From: Phaeosaccion multiseriatum
Lineage: Eukaryota > Protista > Ochrophyta, other classes
DNA: 64,000 bases
NCBI GenBank assembly: GCA_965112735.1
Contig: OZ218956.1
Coordinates: 2,232,001 to 2,296,000 of the forward strand
Direction of reading: 5' to 3'
Positions within the stretch are counted from its first letter, which is position 1. Every line of letters begins with the position of its first letter. Under the pieces are notes generated by a model, which searched no databases, was not told the DNA's origin, and saw nothing but the letters and a program-made list of their open reading frames with translations. Of this stretch, positions 49,036 to 61,934 are shown piece after piece. Both the position numbers and the translations under genes were made by a program.

Positions 49036-49449
49036 CAGCAGCATTGGTAACTCTGATCCGCCTCTCTTCCGCCGCCGCCCCCCCCTCCCTACTACGGGCG
49101 AGGAGGAAGCAGACCGGGAACGAAGGAAAAAGGCAAGACTAGCGCAATTTCTTGCCCCCTTGCCAATACGCGAAGGCGCTGCTTACTCGCGACTTATGTG
49201 GAACTACCTATCTCGGGCCGAAGTAACGCGTCACGCACGAGTGAGGAAGGGTAACTTATCGGTTTGTAAGTTGCTCATGCAGCTACTACAGGGGAACCCC
49301 GTCACGCTGACTGTTCGGACTGTCTGTGATAGACGTGTGGCATTTGCATTTGTGCCCCCCCCCCCCCCCTCTAAGTCAACCAAGCTTTTAAAGGAATCCA
49401 TTACAGTATCATGCGTGCGATGATAGTTAAAAGTCCCAAACCCAAACCC

Positions 49450-49797
49450 TATGGCTCCCCCAACACCTACACCGCAGAACATCGCGTATCAGAATATCAT
49501 GTCATGTCATCTGTTCTCTTCTCCTCTCATCTACGGATGCATGACGCAACCCACCAACCCACCCACCTGGAGGGCTCTTGTCCCTTCGGCCTGCTTGCCC
49601 ATGAGCAGTCGTACCCTCCCCAGCTGAAAGTGTGCCTCTGCGAAGGAAGGCAGTAGCACATGTGCCACCCTCTCGAAGGACTCCTCCGCCCTCGCCAGCA
49701 GGCTGTGCTGCACGTGCGGTTGGTGTGGTTTCTCCTCCCCCATCTTGTGCAGGCACACACCGAGGTTGAAGTTGGCTTCCAGAGAGGCCTCGTTCAG

Positions 49798-49831
<34 letters not shown>

Positions 49832-51592
49832 GTCAGGGATTGTAGGCAGACAGTCGATGCCTTGCTTAGCGGGCGGCCGGGGAGGGAAGAGGAGAGGAGA
49901 GAGGCGAGGGGGCTTGGAGAGCACCGAACTTCGGCAGCGCGCGCACACACACACACACATACACACGCACGCACGCACGCACACACACATACACACTCAA
50001 ACAATGCACACACACACACACGGACACACACACACACACACGCACCCATCCACAAGCACTCACCGGACGCTGTTGGTGTAGCAGACCAGAGCAGATGCAA
50101 AGTCGTCCCTCTGCATGTAAGCGTTACCCAGGTGCACCTGCTCGACAGAGGGGGAAAGAGTTTCAGTTTCAGTGAAGCACATCTCCCGACTGCCCAGCGC
50201 CAGCAAGACAATGAGTGTCAATCACTCCAGCAAGAGGTCAGTATCGAAGGGGGGAGAGGGAGAGAAAGAGAGTGTGTGTGTGGGTGTGTAGCTCGCTGCG
50301 CCGCTTCGACTACGGTACCACTTCGCCCTCGAACATTTCTCTCCACTCCCCCTCCTCTGCCACCCCCCCCCCTGCCCGCCCTCCTCTCTCTGCCCTGTGA
50401 ACCCACCTGTGTCTCCCCATCTGTGGGCTCTAGCTCCGCCGCTGCCGAGAAGCACTCTATGGCTCTCTCGTCTTGGCCTCTCTCCGCGTTGAGGAAGCCG
50501 AGATTGTACCACGCCACAGCGTGTGTGTCTTGCAGAGCCACCACCTGAGGGAGGGCAGGAGAGGAAGTCCGTGGTCGGCAGGCCACATCGTGCGAGATAG
50601 AGCAGAGTAAGAGATGGGGATGGGGGCCCGAGAGTCACAGAGGGTCAGGGGGGGGGCGAGATGGCAGAGGATGGGAGACACTCGGCCTCTTTCTCGTGCG
50701 CCCACGCGCCCACGTGTTATGTAAGTCAAGCCATGGGGTGCTATTCTTTGGGTACCGCGAGGGGGCACTCCGTGGCTCTCGCTGACTTACAACACATTCG
50801 TCACTTCTCACTCACTCACTCACTCACTCACTCACTCACTCACTCACTCACTCACTCCGTCACCCTCTCAGTCAGCCAGTCACCCTCTCATTCCCTCCGT
50901 CGCTCACTCACTCACCCTCTCAGTCACTCAGTCAGTCAGTCACTCTCTCACTCACTCACTCACTCACTCTCTCACTCACTCACTCACTCACTCACTCACT
51001 CACTCACTCACTCACTCACTCACTCACTCACTCACTCACTCACTCACTCACTCACTCACTCACTCACTCACTCACTCACTCACTCACTCACTCACTCACT
51101 CACTCACTCACTCACTCACTCACTCACTCACTCACTCACTCACTCACTCACTCACTAACTCACTCCCTCCCTCCCTCACCCCCTCACTCACTCAATCACT
51201 CACTCACCCTCTAAGTCCCTCCGTCACTCACTCACTCACGCATCAGTCAGTCAGTCACTCACTCACCCTCTCAGTCACTCAGTCAGTCAGTCACTCACTC
51301 ACTCACTCACCCGAACACTCACTCCCTCACTCACTCCCTCACTCACTCCCTCACTCCCTCACTCCCTCACTACCTCACTCCCTCACTACCTCACTCACCC
51401 TCTCGTAGCACTCCATGGCCCCCACTTTGTCTCCAAACTTGTGCAGCGCAAAGGCTCTTGAGAAGTCCCCCTCCGTGAAGGTCGGATCAAGCACAGTGGC
51501 AATGGTGTAACAGGCCACGGCATCTGTGAGGCCTATACCACCACCCACCACACGTCCCTCTCCTCCTCCTCCCTCTCCCCCTCCTCCTCTTG

Positions 51593-51630
<38 letters not shown>

Positions 51631-54600
51631 TCTGCCTCTGCTTCTGCCTCTGCCTCCTCTTCAAGGATACACCCCAAATTGTGCACAACGCGGGCATGTT
51701 CAGGAGGGTGCTCAATCGCCTCCTGCAAGGAGATTGATGGAGTAGGCAATCACAACAGCAGGGTACGCAATAGCAACAGCAGCAGCAGCAAAAACAACAC
51801 GCAGCAAGATTGTTGACACAGCATTAGCAGCAGCAGCAGCAGCAGCAGCAGCAAATGTCGACTTTGTGTGTTACAATGCAGTACTCAGTACTCACACAAC
51901 TGTGGAGTGTATTGGTGATTCCGTTCCTTCATACCCTCTCCCGCGCGCACGCAGCACGCACGCACGCGCTAACTCACGCACGCACACACGCACTAACTCA
52001 CGCACGCGCGAAAGCACGAACGCACACACTCACGCACACACGCACTCACTAGCGCACGCACTCACCTCCAGGACGGAAAGGTCGAGTTCCAAGGCCGCTT
52101 CGAGCACAGCAACGCTTTCACTGTGGCTTCTTCTCCGTCTATCACAGCTACCTCCCCCCCCTACTCCTCCCTCCTCGTCCTCCTTCTCGTTCTCCTCCTC
52201 TCCCTCCCTACTGAGCTCCGTCTCCTCTGCCAGCTGGTTCAAGTCTGCCACAAGGGAGGGCCCTAACGCAAGCACGATCTCCTCGCGAAGCCTCTCTAGA
52301 CAGCGGCGCGCCGCTAGACTCGGCATGCCAGGGAGGAGCCGTCTGAGGTATGCATCCTCCCACCTTGATACGGCAGCGTCCAGGGCAGGGTGGAAGGGCT
52401 CGGGGCTGGTGGTGGGTGGGTGGGTAAGTGAGTGGGTGGGGTGGGTGAGTGGATAAGTGAGTGGGTGGGTGGGTGGGTGGGTGGGTGGGTAAGTGGGTGG
52501 GTGGGTAAGTGAGGGAGTCGGTGGGTGGGTGGGTGGATGAGAGAGTGGTTGGAAGGGTGAGTGAGTGAGAGCGGAGGGACAGACAGTGTGGAGGTGTGAG
52601 CAGTAGTGGGAGGAGGAGGAGGAGGAGGAGGAGGAGGAGGAGGACCTCTTCTCCTTCCCCTTCCTCTGCCTTCCCTTCCCTCCTCTCCCCCTCCCTTGTT
52701 GCGTGGCTGCGAGCACTACTCACCTCCACTCCCTCGGGTCGTAGACTTTGCCTGTCGTAAAGCTCTTCCACCGCTTCCGTCTGTGTCCCTTCTTCCTCTG
52801 CCCGCCCTCCTCCTCCTTAATCTCCTTCTTCTCCTCCCTTGGGACCTTGTCCCGCTTCCCCGCCGCCTCCTCCTCCTCCTCCTCACAGATGGGTCCTGTA
52901 CCACCACCATCGCCTCCCTCCGCCCCGGTCGCGCTGCAACTGACCCGGCCGTAGTCACTCCTTGCAGCATTGGCCTGGGCACCGGCTCTGCCTTCTTTAG
53001 TGATAGCATTGCCCTGTTCTGCTTCAGAAGCAGTCACAGCGGCAACTCCACCGCAAGACGAAGCGTCACGACCATTGGCCGGGAGCCTCTTCGTCGGCCT
53101 CTCCGCATCGAAGCACTCCACGTCGCTGTGGTTACTTATCAAGGCCTCCTCCTCCCCTGCAGCACTGCTACTCGTAGCTCGGTGGCCTCTCGGGTGTCTC
53201 CGAATGCCGGGCGACAGCGGAGACGCCGCCCCCCCCCCTCCATCTCCAGCCCTTGCGCCATCATGCCGCTGCTGCTTCCCCTCGTGCTTCGCCCTCTCCC
53301 CCTTTTTCTTCTCCTTCTCCTTCTCCTTCTCCTTCTCCTTCCTCTCTTTCGCCTCGCCCTCCCTCCTGACCCTCTCTCTCTTCATCTCCCTCCTCACCTC
53401 CGCGGCCTGCCGTCTCTTCCTTGCTTTGTCCATGTCACTTTCCCAAGCCTCCCTCCGACGCCGTCGAAGCTCCTCCGCGTCTCTCTCCAACTGGTCTCGC
53501 GCCTCTCGCTGCTCTCTCTCCTCTATCCTCTCCCTCTCCTCTCTCTCTGCTCGCTCCTCACTTTTGTGTCTCCTCTCTCGCTGCTCGAGCTCCTCTCGCT
53601 CCTCTCGCTCCTCCCTCTTCTCTCGCTCATCTCTCTTCTCTCGCTTCTCTCTCTCCGCTCGCTCTCGCTCCTCCTCCTCCTCCTCCTCCTCCTCCTCCTC
53701 CTCCTCCTCCTCCTCCTCCTCCTCCTCCTCCTCCTCCTCCTCCTCCTCCTCCTCCTCCCTCTCTTTGTTCCCCCTCCCAGTTTCTGTGCCCCTCCTTCCC
53801 TTGCCGTCCCCTCCTCCTCCTTCCCTCGCCAAACAAAATTCGTCCCTTCCCCCTCTTCTTCTGTGCTCGCTCCCTACCTCTCCCTCCTCATGGCCGTCCT
53901 GACGATGCTGTACCGCTACCGCCGCATATGGATGAGAATGGCGAGCACCTTCGATCTCTCTCTCCCTCACCCTCTCCCCCTCGCTCTCCCTCTCCCTCTC
54001 CCCCTCTCTCTCCCCCTCTCTCTCCCTCTCCCTCACCCCCTCCCTCTCCCTCTCCCTCTCTCTCTCCCTCACCCTCTCCCTCTCCCTCACCCTCTCCCCC
54101 TCGCTCTCCCTCTCCCTCTCCCCCTTTCTCTCCCTCTCCCTCTCCCCCTCTCTCTCCCCCTCCCTCTCCCCCTCCCCATCCTCCTCCAAATCCCCCATCT
54201 CATCGCAGTGCCTCCCCGCCTGCCCCTTGTCCCCTCTCCTCCCCCCCCCCCCCCCGGCTCCTCCTCCTCTCCCGTCCCTCCCCTCTCCCCCCGCAATGGT
54301 GCCAATGCCGGAATCACCGCCCTCGACCCTCGCTCTTGCGTTTTCCGCGATGGTATCATTGGAGATGGCGGAGAGGTAGTCCTGTAGCAAGGCGGGATCC
54401 ACCGACGTGTCCGCACAGCTCCCCCTCCTCTTGACCCCACCGCTACCGCTACCGCTCACGCCACCGCTACCGCTGCCCCATCTCGCCTCCCTCCCGAGCT
54501 CTGGAGTGTTGCCGCTTCTTCTTCTTCTGCTGCTTCTGCTACTTGTGCTGCTGCTTCCATCCTTCCTCGGGCCTGTGCTGGTGCTGGTACCGCTACCATT

Positions 54601-57600
54601 CGAACCAGTGGTGCTCGTGTTGGTAGTACGACTACACCGGCCGACGTCGCCATACCAAGGCCGAGGTCGATGCTGTGGTGCAGGGCCAGCACTAGCAGCC
54701 GCCGCCGCCTCCGCCTCCGCTGGAAGTAGCAGCCGAGCATCATCATCATCCACATACCCGCACCCTCCTTCCTGCCTGAACTGCGGACTCAGGGGTGGAC
54801 TGACACCGGTGCAGGTGTAGCGCAGGCTTTTGCAGCTTCCCACCTGCGTGGCGGAGGAGAGTAGTGGGTCGAAGCGCCGACGAGCGTCCCAACCCCCGTG
54901 TTCGTGCTCTTTCTCGTGTTCGTCCCAGCACTGCTCGTACTTACTGTTGCTGTTGTTGTTAGGGTCGTTGTTGCTGTTTCTGCTGCTTCTGTTGCTGCTG
55001 CTGCTGCTGTTGTTGTTATTGTTGTTGTTGCCCCCGTGCACCCCCTTGGTGCTGATAGGCGTTGCCCCGCGTGAAGAGGAGGACAGAGGAGGAGGGGAAG
55101 GAGGGAGAGGTCTGCGGATGCCCCCTCGTCCCATCTTTTGCTCCCCTCGACCGGCAGCGAAGGAGGGCGCGCTGCTTCGCATGCTACTCGTGCCCTTCAA
55201 GTCGTTGCCCATATGCCTGCTGCTCCTCCCTGTGCTCTTCAAGTTGTCGTCCCATTTGGCCACGCGGGCGCTCGCGCTTCCCCACTCCATCTGCTGCCAA
55301 CAGCCCGCCACGTCCACCTCCACGTCCACCTCCAGGTGGTGCTGCCCATATACCTGCTGCCCATATGACTGGCGCTGGTCAGACTGGTGCTGCTGGTGCT
55401 GGTGCTGGTACTGGTGCTGGTGCTGGTGCTGGTGCTGGTGCTGGTGCTGCGATTGCCTGTGTTCCGGTCGCCGCCCCTGTTCCTGCGAGCGTTGGCTCTC
55501 CAAACGTCCACTCTGCGGTCGGGGTGGGCTGCTCTGCCCCCCCCGGGGCCGCCGCCACTCCCTGCGGGATGCCTCCTCCTCCTCCTCCTTCTCCCCCCTT
55601 GCGTGCTGCGCTTCGTCTCGCCTCTGCGGTGACGGCGTACTTATTCGTTTTCTCTCTCTTTCCAGTGTAGGGGCAGTGGTATGCCTCCATATCTCCCCCT
55701 CCCCTCTCTCTCTTTCAAGGGGGAGGCTTGCGCCCCATCTCTCCTCTCCCTCTCTTTCAAGTGCCAGCGAGGCACTGGCAAGCCCCCCTCTCTGCCTTGC
55801 TCTTGGTGACTCGTTCTTCTCCTCCACTCGGAAACCTTCCTTCTCCTTCTCCTCCTCCTCCTCCTCCTCCTCCTCCTCCTCCTCCGCGACAGAAGTAGGA
55901 GCTGCTCTTGTGACAGGCTCATGACAACACCTCATGACCACAAGGAAGAACTGAGATACACTCACTCGCTGCTGCTTCCCAGAGCAGCGACCCGCTGCGG
56001 TTCCACCCCCACCACCTGTCGTCGACGCTCGAACACGTCCACTACCCCCCGGGCAGCTCCGCCTCCGCCCTACTTCCACACTCTCCTTCCCCGTCAGCAC
56101 CCCAGCGGGTAGCCGCGGGGCGAAGCTGCTACGCCGGCGAGGGCTGGCGAGTCCTCCAGCAGCAGCGGTTGCAGCAGCAGCAGCGGCGGCAGCGGCAGCA
56201 GCAGCGTAGGCGCCTACGCTTCCCTTCTTCGGTTGGCGAGCACGCGAACCAGCTTCAATCTTCGCCCTCCGCCCATGCCCCCCTGCCGAGCCTGCTTCGT
56301 TGCTGCTGCTCTTGCTGCTACTCTTGCTTGTGCCGCTAGCGCTGCTCGTCACCTCAGCCTTCCTGGTAAGCTCTTGCATGATCCGTAGGTGCAGCGCCCC
56401 CTTGTTGTCTTCCCCCGTGACCCGGAGGGTGATGGCGCTGGCTCGCTCCAAGCTCAGCCAGAGTTCATCCTCCGCAGCTGCCGCTCTCCCTCTTCGACTC
56501 GTGATGTCTGCCCAGCGCCGGTCCAGCTTGAGGCCCAGCAGTGCCTCTGTGTGCTCTCGAAGTGACCTGTTTCATGATGTAAGCACATAGAGCGGTGAGG
56601 GCCTCAAAGGATGAGCATAGAGAGTGTACAAACAGGAGGAGGTGGTGGTGCATCGTCCGTTGCGATGACGACCTCTGCAACGTGAAGCTATCTCCCCACC
56701 TATCAACTCGCACACACACACGCACACGCGCACACACGCGCGCAACCACAAACACACAGGCACGCACGCACGCACACACACACACACTGGCACACGCACA
56801 CATACACGCACATACACACACACACGCACACAAAGGCACACGCACACGGACGGAGAGGCACACACACGCACACGGACGGAATGAACTCACAAGTAACGCT
56901 CCAAGTCTCTCTCCTTGTAGAGGCTCTCAAGGAATGAGGCAAAGATTTCCACCTCGGGATGGGCCCCACGCAGGGCCTGAGTGGCCAGCAGGACCTCCAG
57001 GCACGCGTGGCGGATGAGCGATCTCACGCCAAACTGCGGCACCAGCAGCCGCAGCAGTAGTAGCACCAGTAGCAGCGTTTCATCAGGAGTAGCACAGAGA
57101 GAGAGGAGGAGGGTGGGGGAGGGGGGGGGGGGTGGGAGAGGACGAGATAAGAGAAACGCCTCGCCATTAATCCACTGTACGACTATACCCCCTCCGCCCG
57201 TCCTCCCCCCATCCCGTTTACATCATCTAGACGCCCGCCCAGCAGCCCAACCCAGCAGCACGGACCTTTTTGACGAGTTGTTTGTAGACAAGCACGGGGA
57301 AGCTTCTCGAACCCTTCCTCCCGCGGGGGTCATGGGCGAAAGAGTACACATCCTGGCTGTCTTCTTTAGCCGCTTTGTTGGCCGCTATGAGGACATCGTA
57401 GAGCTGAGGAGGGGTAGGGTAGGGTAGGGTAGGGTAGGGGAGGGGAGGGGAGAGGAGAGGAGAGGAGAGGAGAGAAGGGAGGAGGATGGGAAGAATGAAT
57501 GCGTGGAGTGAGTCAGAGTGCGGCAGTTGCGTTCCCGCTCGCTCTTATCGGATGTAGGGTGGGTGGGTAGGTGGGTGGTGCGCATCAAGGTCTCAAGCAG

Positions 57601-58742
57601 AAACTACCAGACCCGCCCCGTATCCAGCAAGTACTCACGCTCTCCACGAAGCGCATGAGCCAGTTGATGCCTCGCACTCGGGGGGGCTTGTCTGGGCCTG
57701 GGCTCCTCTCGTCCCCGTCACGCCTCCAACTCGCGGCGTGACCTCTCATCCGACCACTCTTGTCCTTCTTCTCTCCTCCCATTGCTGCCTTGCCTGCCGC
57801 TTCTCTGCTTCCTCCTCCTCCTCCTCCTCCTCCTCCTCCTCCTCCTCCTCCTCCTCCTCCTCCTCCTCCTCCTCCTCCTCCTCCTCCTCCTCCTCCTCCT
57901 CCTCCTCCTCCTCCTCCTCCTCCTCCTCCTCCTCCTCCTCCTCCTCCTCCTCCTCCTCCTCCTCCTCCTCCTCCTCCTCCTCCTCCTCCTCCTCCTCCTC
58001 CTCCTCCTCCTCCTCCTCCTCCTCCTCCTCCTCCTCCTCCTCCTCCACCTCCTCCTCCTCCTCCTCCTCCTCCTCCTCCTCCTCCTCCCCCTGCTGCTCC
58101 TTGTGCGGCTGCTGCTGCGGCTGCCGCTGCCGCTACCAATGCTTCCCGCTCCTCTGCGGCTGCCAGCAGAGCAGAGATCTCTGGAAAGGGGGACATATCC
58201 AAGATAACCTCGCCACAGACAATGGTGGACGGACCCCGCCTCTTGTCTTTCTCTCCTCCCGCCTCCCGCTCCCTTTCACCTGCCTCATCAAGCGCTTCAT
58301 GAGGCGAGAGAGGCCACGACGGCAGGGGAGGGTGCCCCACCACCCCCCAGCCCTGCAAGTCGCCCCCCCCCTGAGGTTCTGTTCGATCGCCACTCCGTGT
58401 CGGACTCGCCAATGCAAAGGGGTATCCCGCGGCTCCCGTCTGGAGCGCCAGAGAGGTCCCCCCCCCAACCCTAATTGGCGAGTCTTGTCGCTGCCGCTGT
58501 CCCGCTCCATTCACTTCCAAGGTGTCCTCACCGGCGACTCCGGTCTGGAGCGCCAGAGAGTCCCCCTCTCCCCTCTTATTTGGCGAGCGCTGTCGCTGTC
58601 GCGGTCCCGCTCCATTCACCTCCAATCCGTCCTCGACGTCCCACTCAGCACCTAGGGCCAAGCAAAGAGGCTGCTGCTGCTGCTGCTGGTGGTGGTGGTG
58701 GGGGGGGGGGGGTGGTGATAGTAGCCCTTTCCCCCTTCCCAA
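49450..58742 (-). CDS. Very large protein (>2000 aa): N-terminal helical domain, long low-complexity/charged coiled-coil region, C-terminal TPR repeats; both ends uncertain
   Basis: Spliced WLMRFVES|LYD…[12 protein letters not shown]|FGVRSL…[13 protein letters not shown]…, then a 3.8-kb exon. TPR exons [15 protein letters not shown]…[30 protein letters not shown]. Confidence 0.7.
50808..51398 (-). repeat. (GTGA)n / (TCAC)n tetranucleotide array starting at an intron donor
   Basis: Directly visible in intron 51398-50545 of the TPR gene. Confidence 0.95.
57811..58088 (-). repeat. Almost pure (GGA)n / (CCT)n tract, about 92 triplets
   Basis: Directly visible with a single interruption; lies in the putative first large exon of the TPR gene. 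Confidence 0.95.
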
Positions 58743-59085
58743 GGGTTGTGATCGCGGGGAGGGGCCGTAGCCATATTCTCAGAGGACGACGACTGACTTC
58801 AGTAGCATTATGACGGCCCGTACACTTTCGTTAGAAGACCAGCATCTAACAAGCATGAGGATGTCTTCCAATCAGTCTGAAGTGTTCTAGTAAAGGGAGG
58901 GGAAAGAGAAGGAGGAGGGGAAGGAAAAAATTACACCGTTACAAGCAAAAAGGAAAAAAAAACTAAAACTCACATTTGTTGACTTACGTTTTTTAATTTC
59001 TTCCTTTTTTTCTTTGTAACAGGAAACAAGCGAGACAAGGGTTCGGCCTGCAAGCGTTTCTTTAGCCTGTCAATAGAGGAGGAGG

Positions 59086-60879
59086 ATGGGGCGAGGCGCC
59101 ATCGTCCTGTCCCTCCTCTCCATCGTGCTGGCGCTCAGGCCCTGCAGAGGGTGGGCCAGTATCAGTACGTGCCACCGAAGGGGGGGGAGCGGGAGCTGGC
59201 AGCCTCATGAGGTACAGAAGCGGCAGCAGCAGCAGCTCTTTGGGGACGCCAGCTCATCTTGCTCGAGCTTGAGGAGAGGCTCGTTGAATGTCATTGGTGG
59301 AGCCGGACGGGGCAGCAGCACCACGAGTAGTACCATCCGCAGTAGCAGTAGTAGTGGAAGCAATGGCGCTGGTGTCAGCGCCAAGGAGGGGGGACAGAAG
59401 GTAGTGATTAGAGCGGCAACTAACAAGGACTTTGGGCGTGTTGCGGTCCTGTGCCTGCGGGCTTTCAGGAGGCCCTTTGAGTGGTGGCAGGGCATCGGGA
59501 AGTGGCAAGAGGTACGCGACCATCTCGTGGGAGGGAGGGAGGTGGAGCAGCCCTCGTGTAATCGTCTTGTGTTGTCTGTCTCTGCTGCTCTTCTTCACTG
59601 ACACCTCCTCCCCCCACCTACACCCTCGTCTCGCGGTCTTTCGCTCCTCGCTCACTTTCCATCCTTCTCGGTCTGACAGGAGCTCGACCTTACGGTAAGG
59701 AAGGCGTCGATGACCCCACAGCGAGGACCCCCTCTTGTATTTTGTACAGCTCCGCTGTCCTTACTGTTGCTGCTGCCCCCCGGTCCATGATACCTCAGAA
59801 TAACTGTAGAGCCCCCTCCATTTCCCCATTCTCGTGCAGTGTACCACCCACCCTCCCACCGCTTCCCCCCTCCCGTACATAGTCCCCACCTTAAGCCCTT
59901 TCCATGCGATTTGAAAGCGCCGCCCTTTTTTCTCCCTCTCCCCCTCCCACCCTCCTCCCTCAGGGTAAGCTACGCTACCGCGCATCTCTGGCGAGGAAGA
60001 GGACCATCAAGCACGCTATGATGGTGGCGGCGGACGGCGACTCGAACGCTCTCCTCGGCTTCATGGAAGTAGGCATGTTGCCACCCCCTCCCGTCAAGAA
60101 GAAGCCTGTGGATCCAGGGGCGATGGCAAAGGCGGCGGCAGCAGCGATGGCAGCGGGAGGAAATGGGGAGGTACGCCACCGGGGGGGCGGGTGTGCGTGT
60201 ATACACGAATCGCCTATGGGGGTCTCAGTGTAGTGTACATAAGTCGATGCAAAGTGGATGCAACATGAATGCATCGACGGATGGAGGGGCTTGGTGGGTG
60301 GATATATCTTGTGTGTGTCAGTGTGTGTGTATGTGTGTGTTGCTTTCCTTTGCTCCTCGCCCCCCCGCCCCCAGCCCCCAAAACGTCTCCATCGGTGACG
60401 GTGGTCGACCTTGACCTCGACGACCACACATGCACGCATGAGCCTCACTCTGTCCCCCTCCCTCCCTCCCTCCCTCCCTCCCATACACCCGTCAAACTCC
60501 CCCCAGTCCGTAGCCCCCGCCGAGAAGCAAAAGCTGAAATACAACGCGTTTCTGGGTCTTGTCCCCAGGAGCCGCACTGGAGAGGTGCCGTACCTGGCCA
60601 ACCTTGTGGTGAGCGAGGAGGCGAGGGGAAGGGGCATCGGAAAGGCCTTGGTGGCCAAGGCTGAACAGCTCGTGGCGGACGATGACTACTTCCCCGGGGA
60701 GGTGAGATTTTGTTGGTGGGGAGGGGGGTTGGTTCTTTGGGAGGGGGAGCTGGGCTATCGATCGACCCCGTGACTCTGGGGCACTTTGGTCAGAGGGTGG
60801 GGTGGATAGACACGTACGTGCGCGCCCACACACCGCACACGCACACACACACTCATAGAGACACATACACACAGAGCCA

Positions 60880-60925
<46 letters not shown>

Positions 60926-61341
60926 GCACTACAGAGTGGGGAGGGGGCTTAGACGAAGACGCTGTGAAGTGGGGCACCTCTGGCAGCAGCAGTACCAGCA
61001 GTTGGTGATATAGCACTAGCACCAGCACCACCAACGCCAGCAGCGCCAGCCTCACATCCCCGCTTCGATGGGTGCACCCCACCTCTCCTCTTTTACTTGG
61101 CCCTCACCTCTCGCGCCTCACCCCCCGACCCCCCCTGCTCCCCCCCTGCTCTTCATCACCTCGCATCCCCGAGCAGAAGATCTATGTGACGGTAGAGCCC
61201 AACAACGCCATCGCCAAGTCTCTGTACGAGAAGCTTGGGTATGTGTTTGTGCTGCAGGAGGACAGGGAGTTCGCCAACATGAGGAAGAGGGAGTTTCAGA
61301 GGTTGTACTACGAGAAGAGCGTGCGCCCACAGAAGGGATGA
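59086..61341 (+). CDS. Plastid-targeted GNAT-family acetyltransferase; exons 59086-59511, 59680-59694, 59964-60170, 60507-60701, ~61177-61341
   Basis: Signal MGRGAIVLSLLSIVLALRPCRG-W plus Ser/Arg transit peptide. VVIRAAT, LLGFMEVG, PYLANLVVSEEARGRGIGKALV (acetyl-CoA motif A), VEPNNAIAKSLYEKLGY. Confidence 0.9.
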
Positions 61342-61375
61342 TGGTGATGATGATGATGATGACGATGACGATGAC

Positions 61376-61413
<38 letters not shown>

Positions 61414-61499
61414 GGAGGAGGAGGAGGAGGAGAGGCAGCGATATAAAAACAGGCAGCAATAGCAGCAGCAGGAGGGGTGTTAGGTGGAGGAGAATATTT

Positions 61500-61558
61500 T
61501 CGGCCCCAGACACGCCCCCCCTAGCGGCCTTGGCTCTAGGCCTAGGCCGCTCTTCCGA
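61500..61558 (+). mobile_element. Fragment related to type B element
   Basis: Begins TCGGCCCCAGAC (type B: TCGGCTCCAGAC) and contains CTCTAGGCCTAGGCCG. No right TIR. Confidence 0.55.
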
Positions 61559-61934
61559 GGCGGCCCCCTTTTAGCCCCTCCCCCTCTTAGTCCGCAGGTG
61601 GTGGGCCCCGGGGTGGAGGAAGCAAGGGACAATGAAGACCAATTTGAATAAAAGTTTTTCCTCTTCTCCACCTTCCTTGATCCAAACATATTTTTTAGAA
61701 GAGAGAGCAGGCGTTGCGGCACTTGGTGTGCCTAGAAGAGAGAGCAGCCGTAGCAAAGGAGGAGAGGGATGTGCCTGGAAAACGTGGAGTGCCCGTGAAT
61801 AATAGCGTGTAGGGGTGGGGTTGCAAGCATAAACTCTCTCTCTCTATCCACCGCCAAAGGGACTGCAGTCCCTGTTTGTGGACCTCGCCGGCAGTAGGGG
61901 CGCGTGGTGTTAGAGGAGAAGAGAGCCGTCAATC

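Noticed and set aside
52606-55924. Plus-strand ORFs of 300-600 aa rich in Leu/Pro/Ser
   Set aside because: Antisense shadows of the purine-rich TPR-gene exon. The same applies to most ORF-track entries over GAG, CAG, CT and CA repeats.
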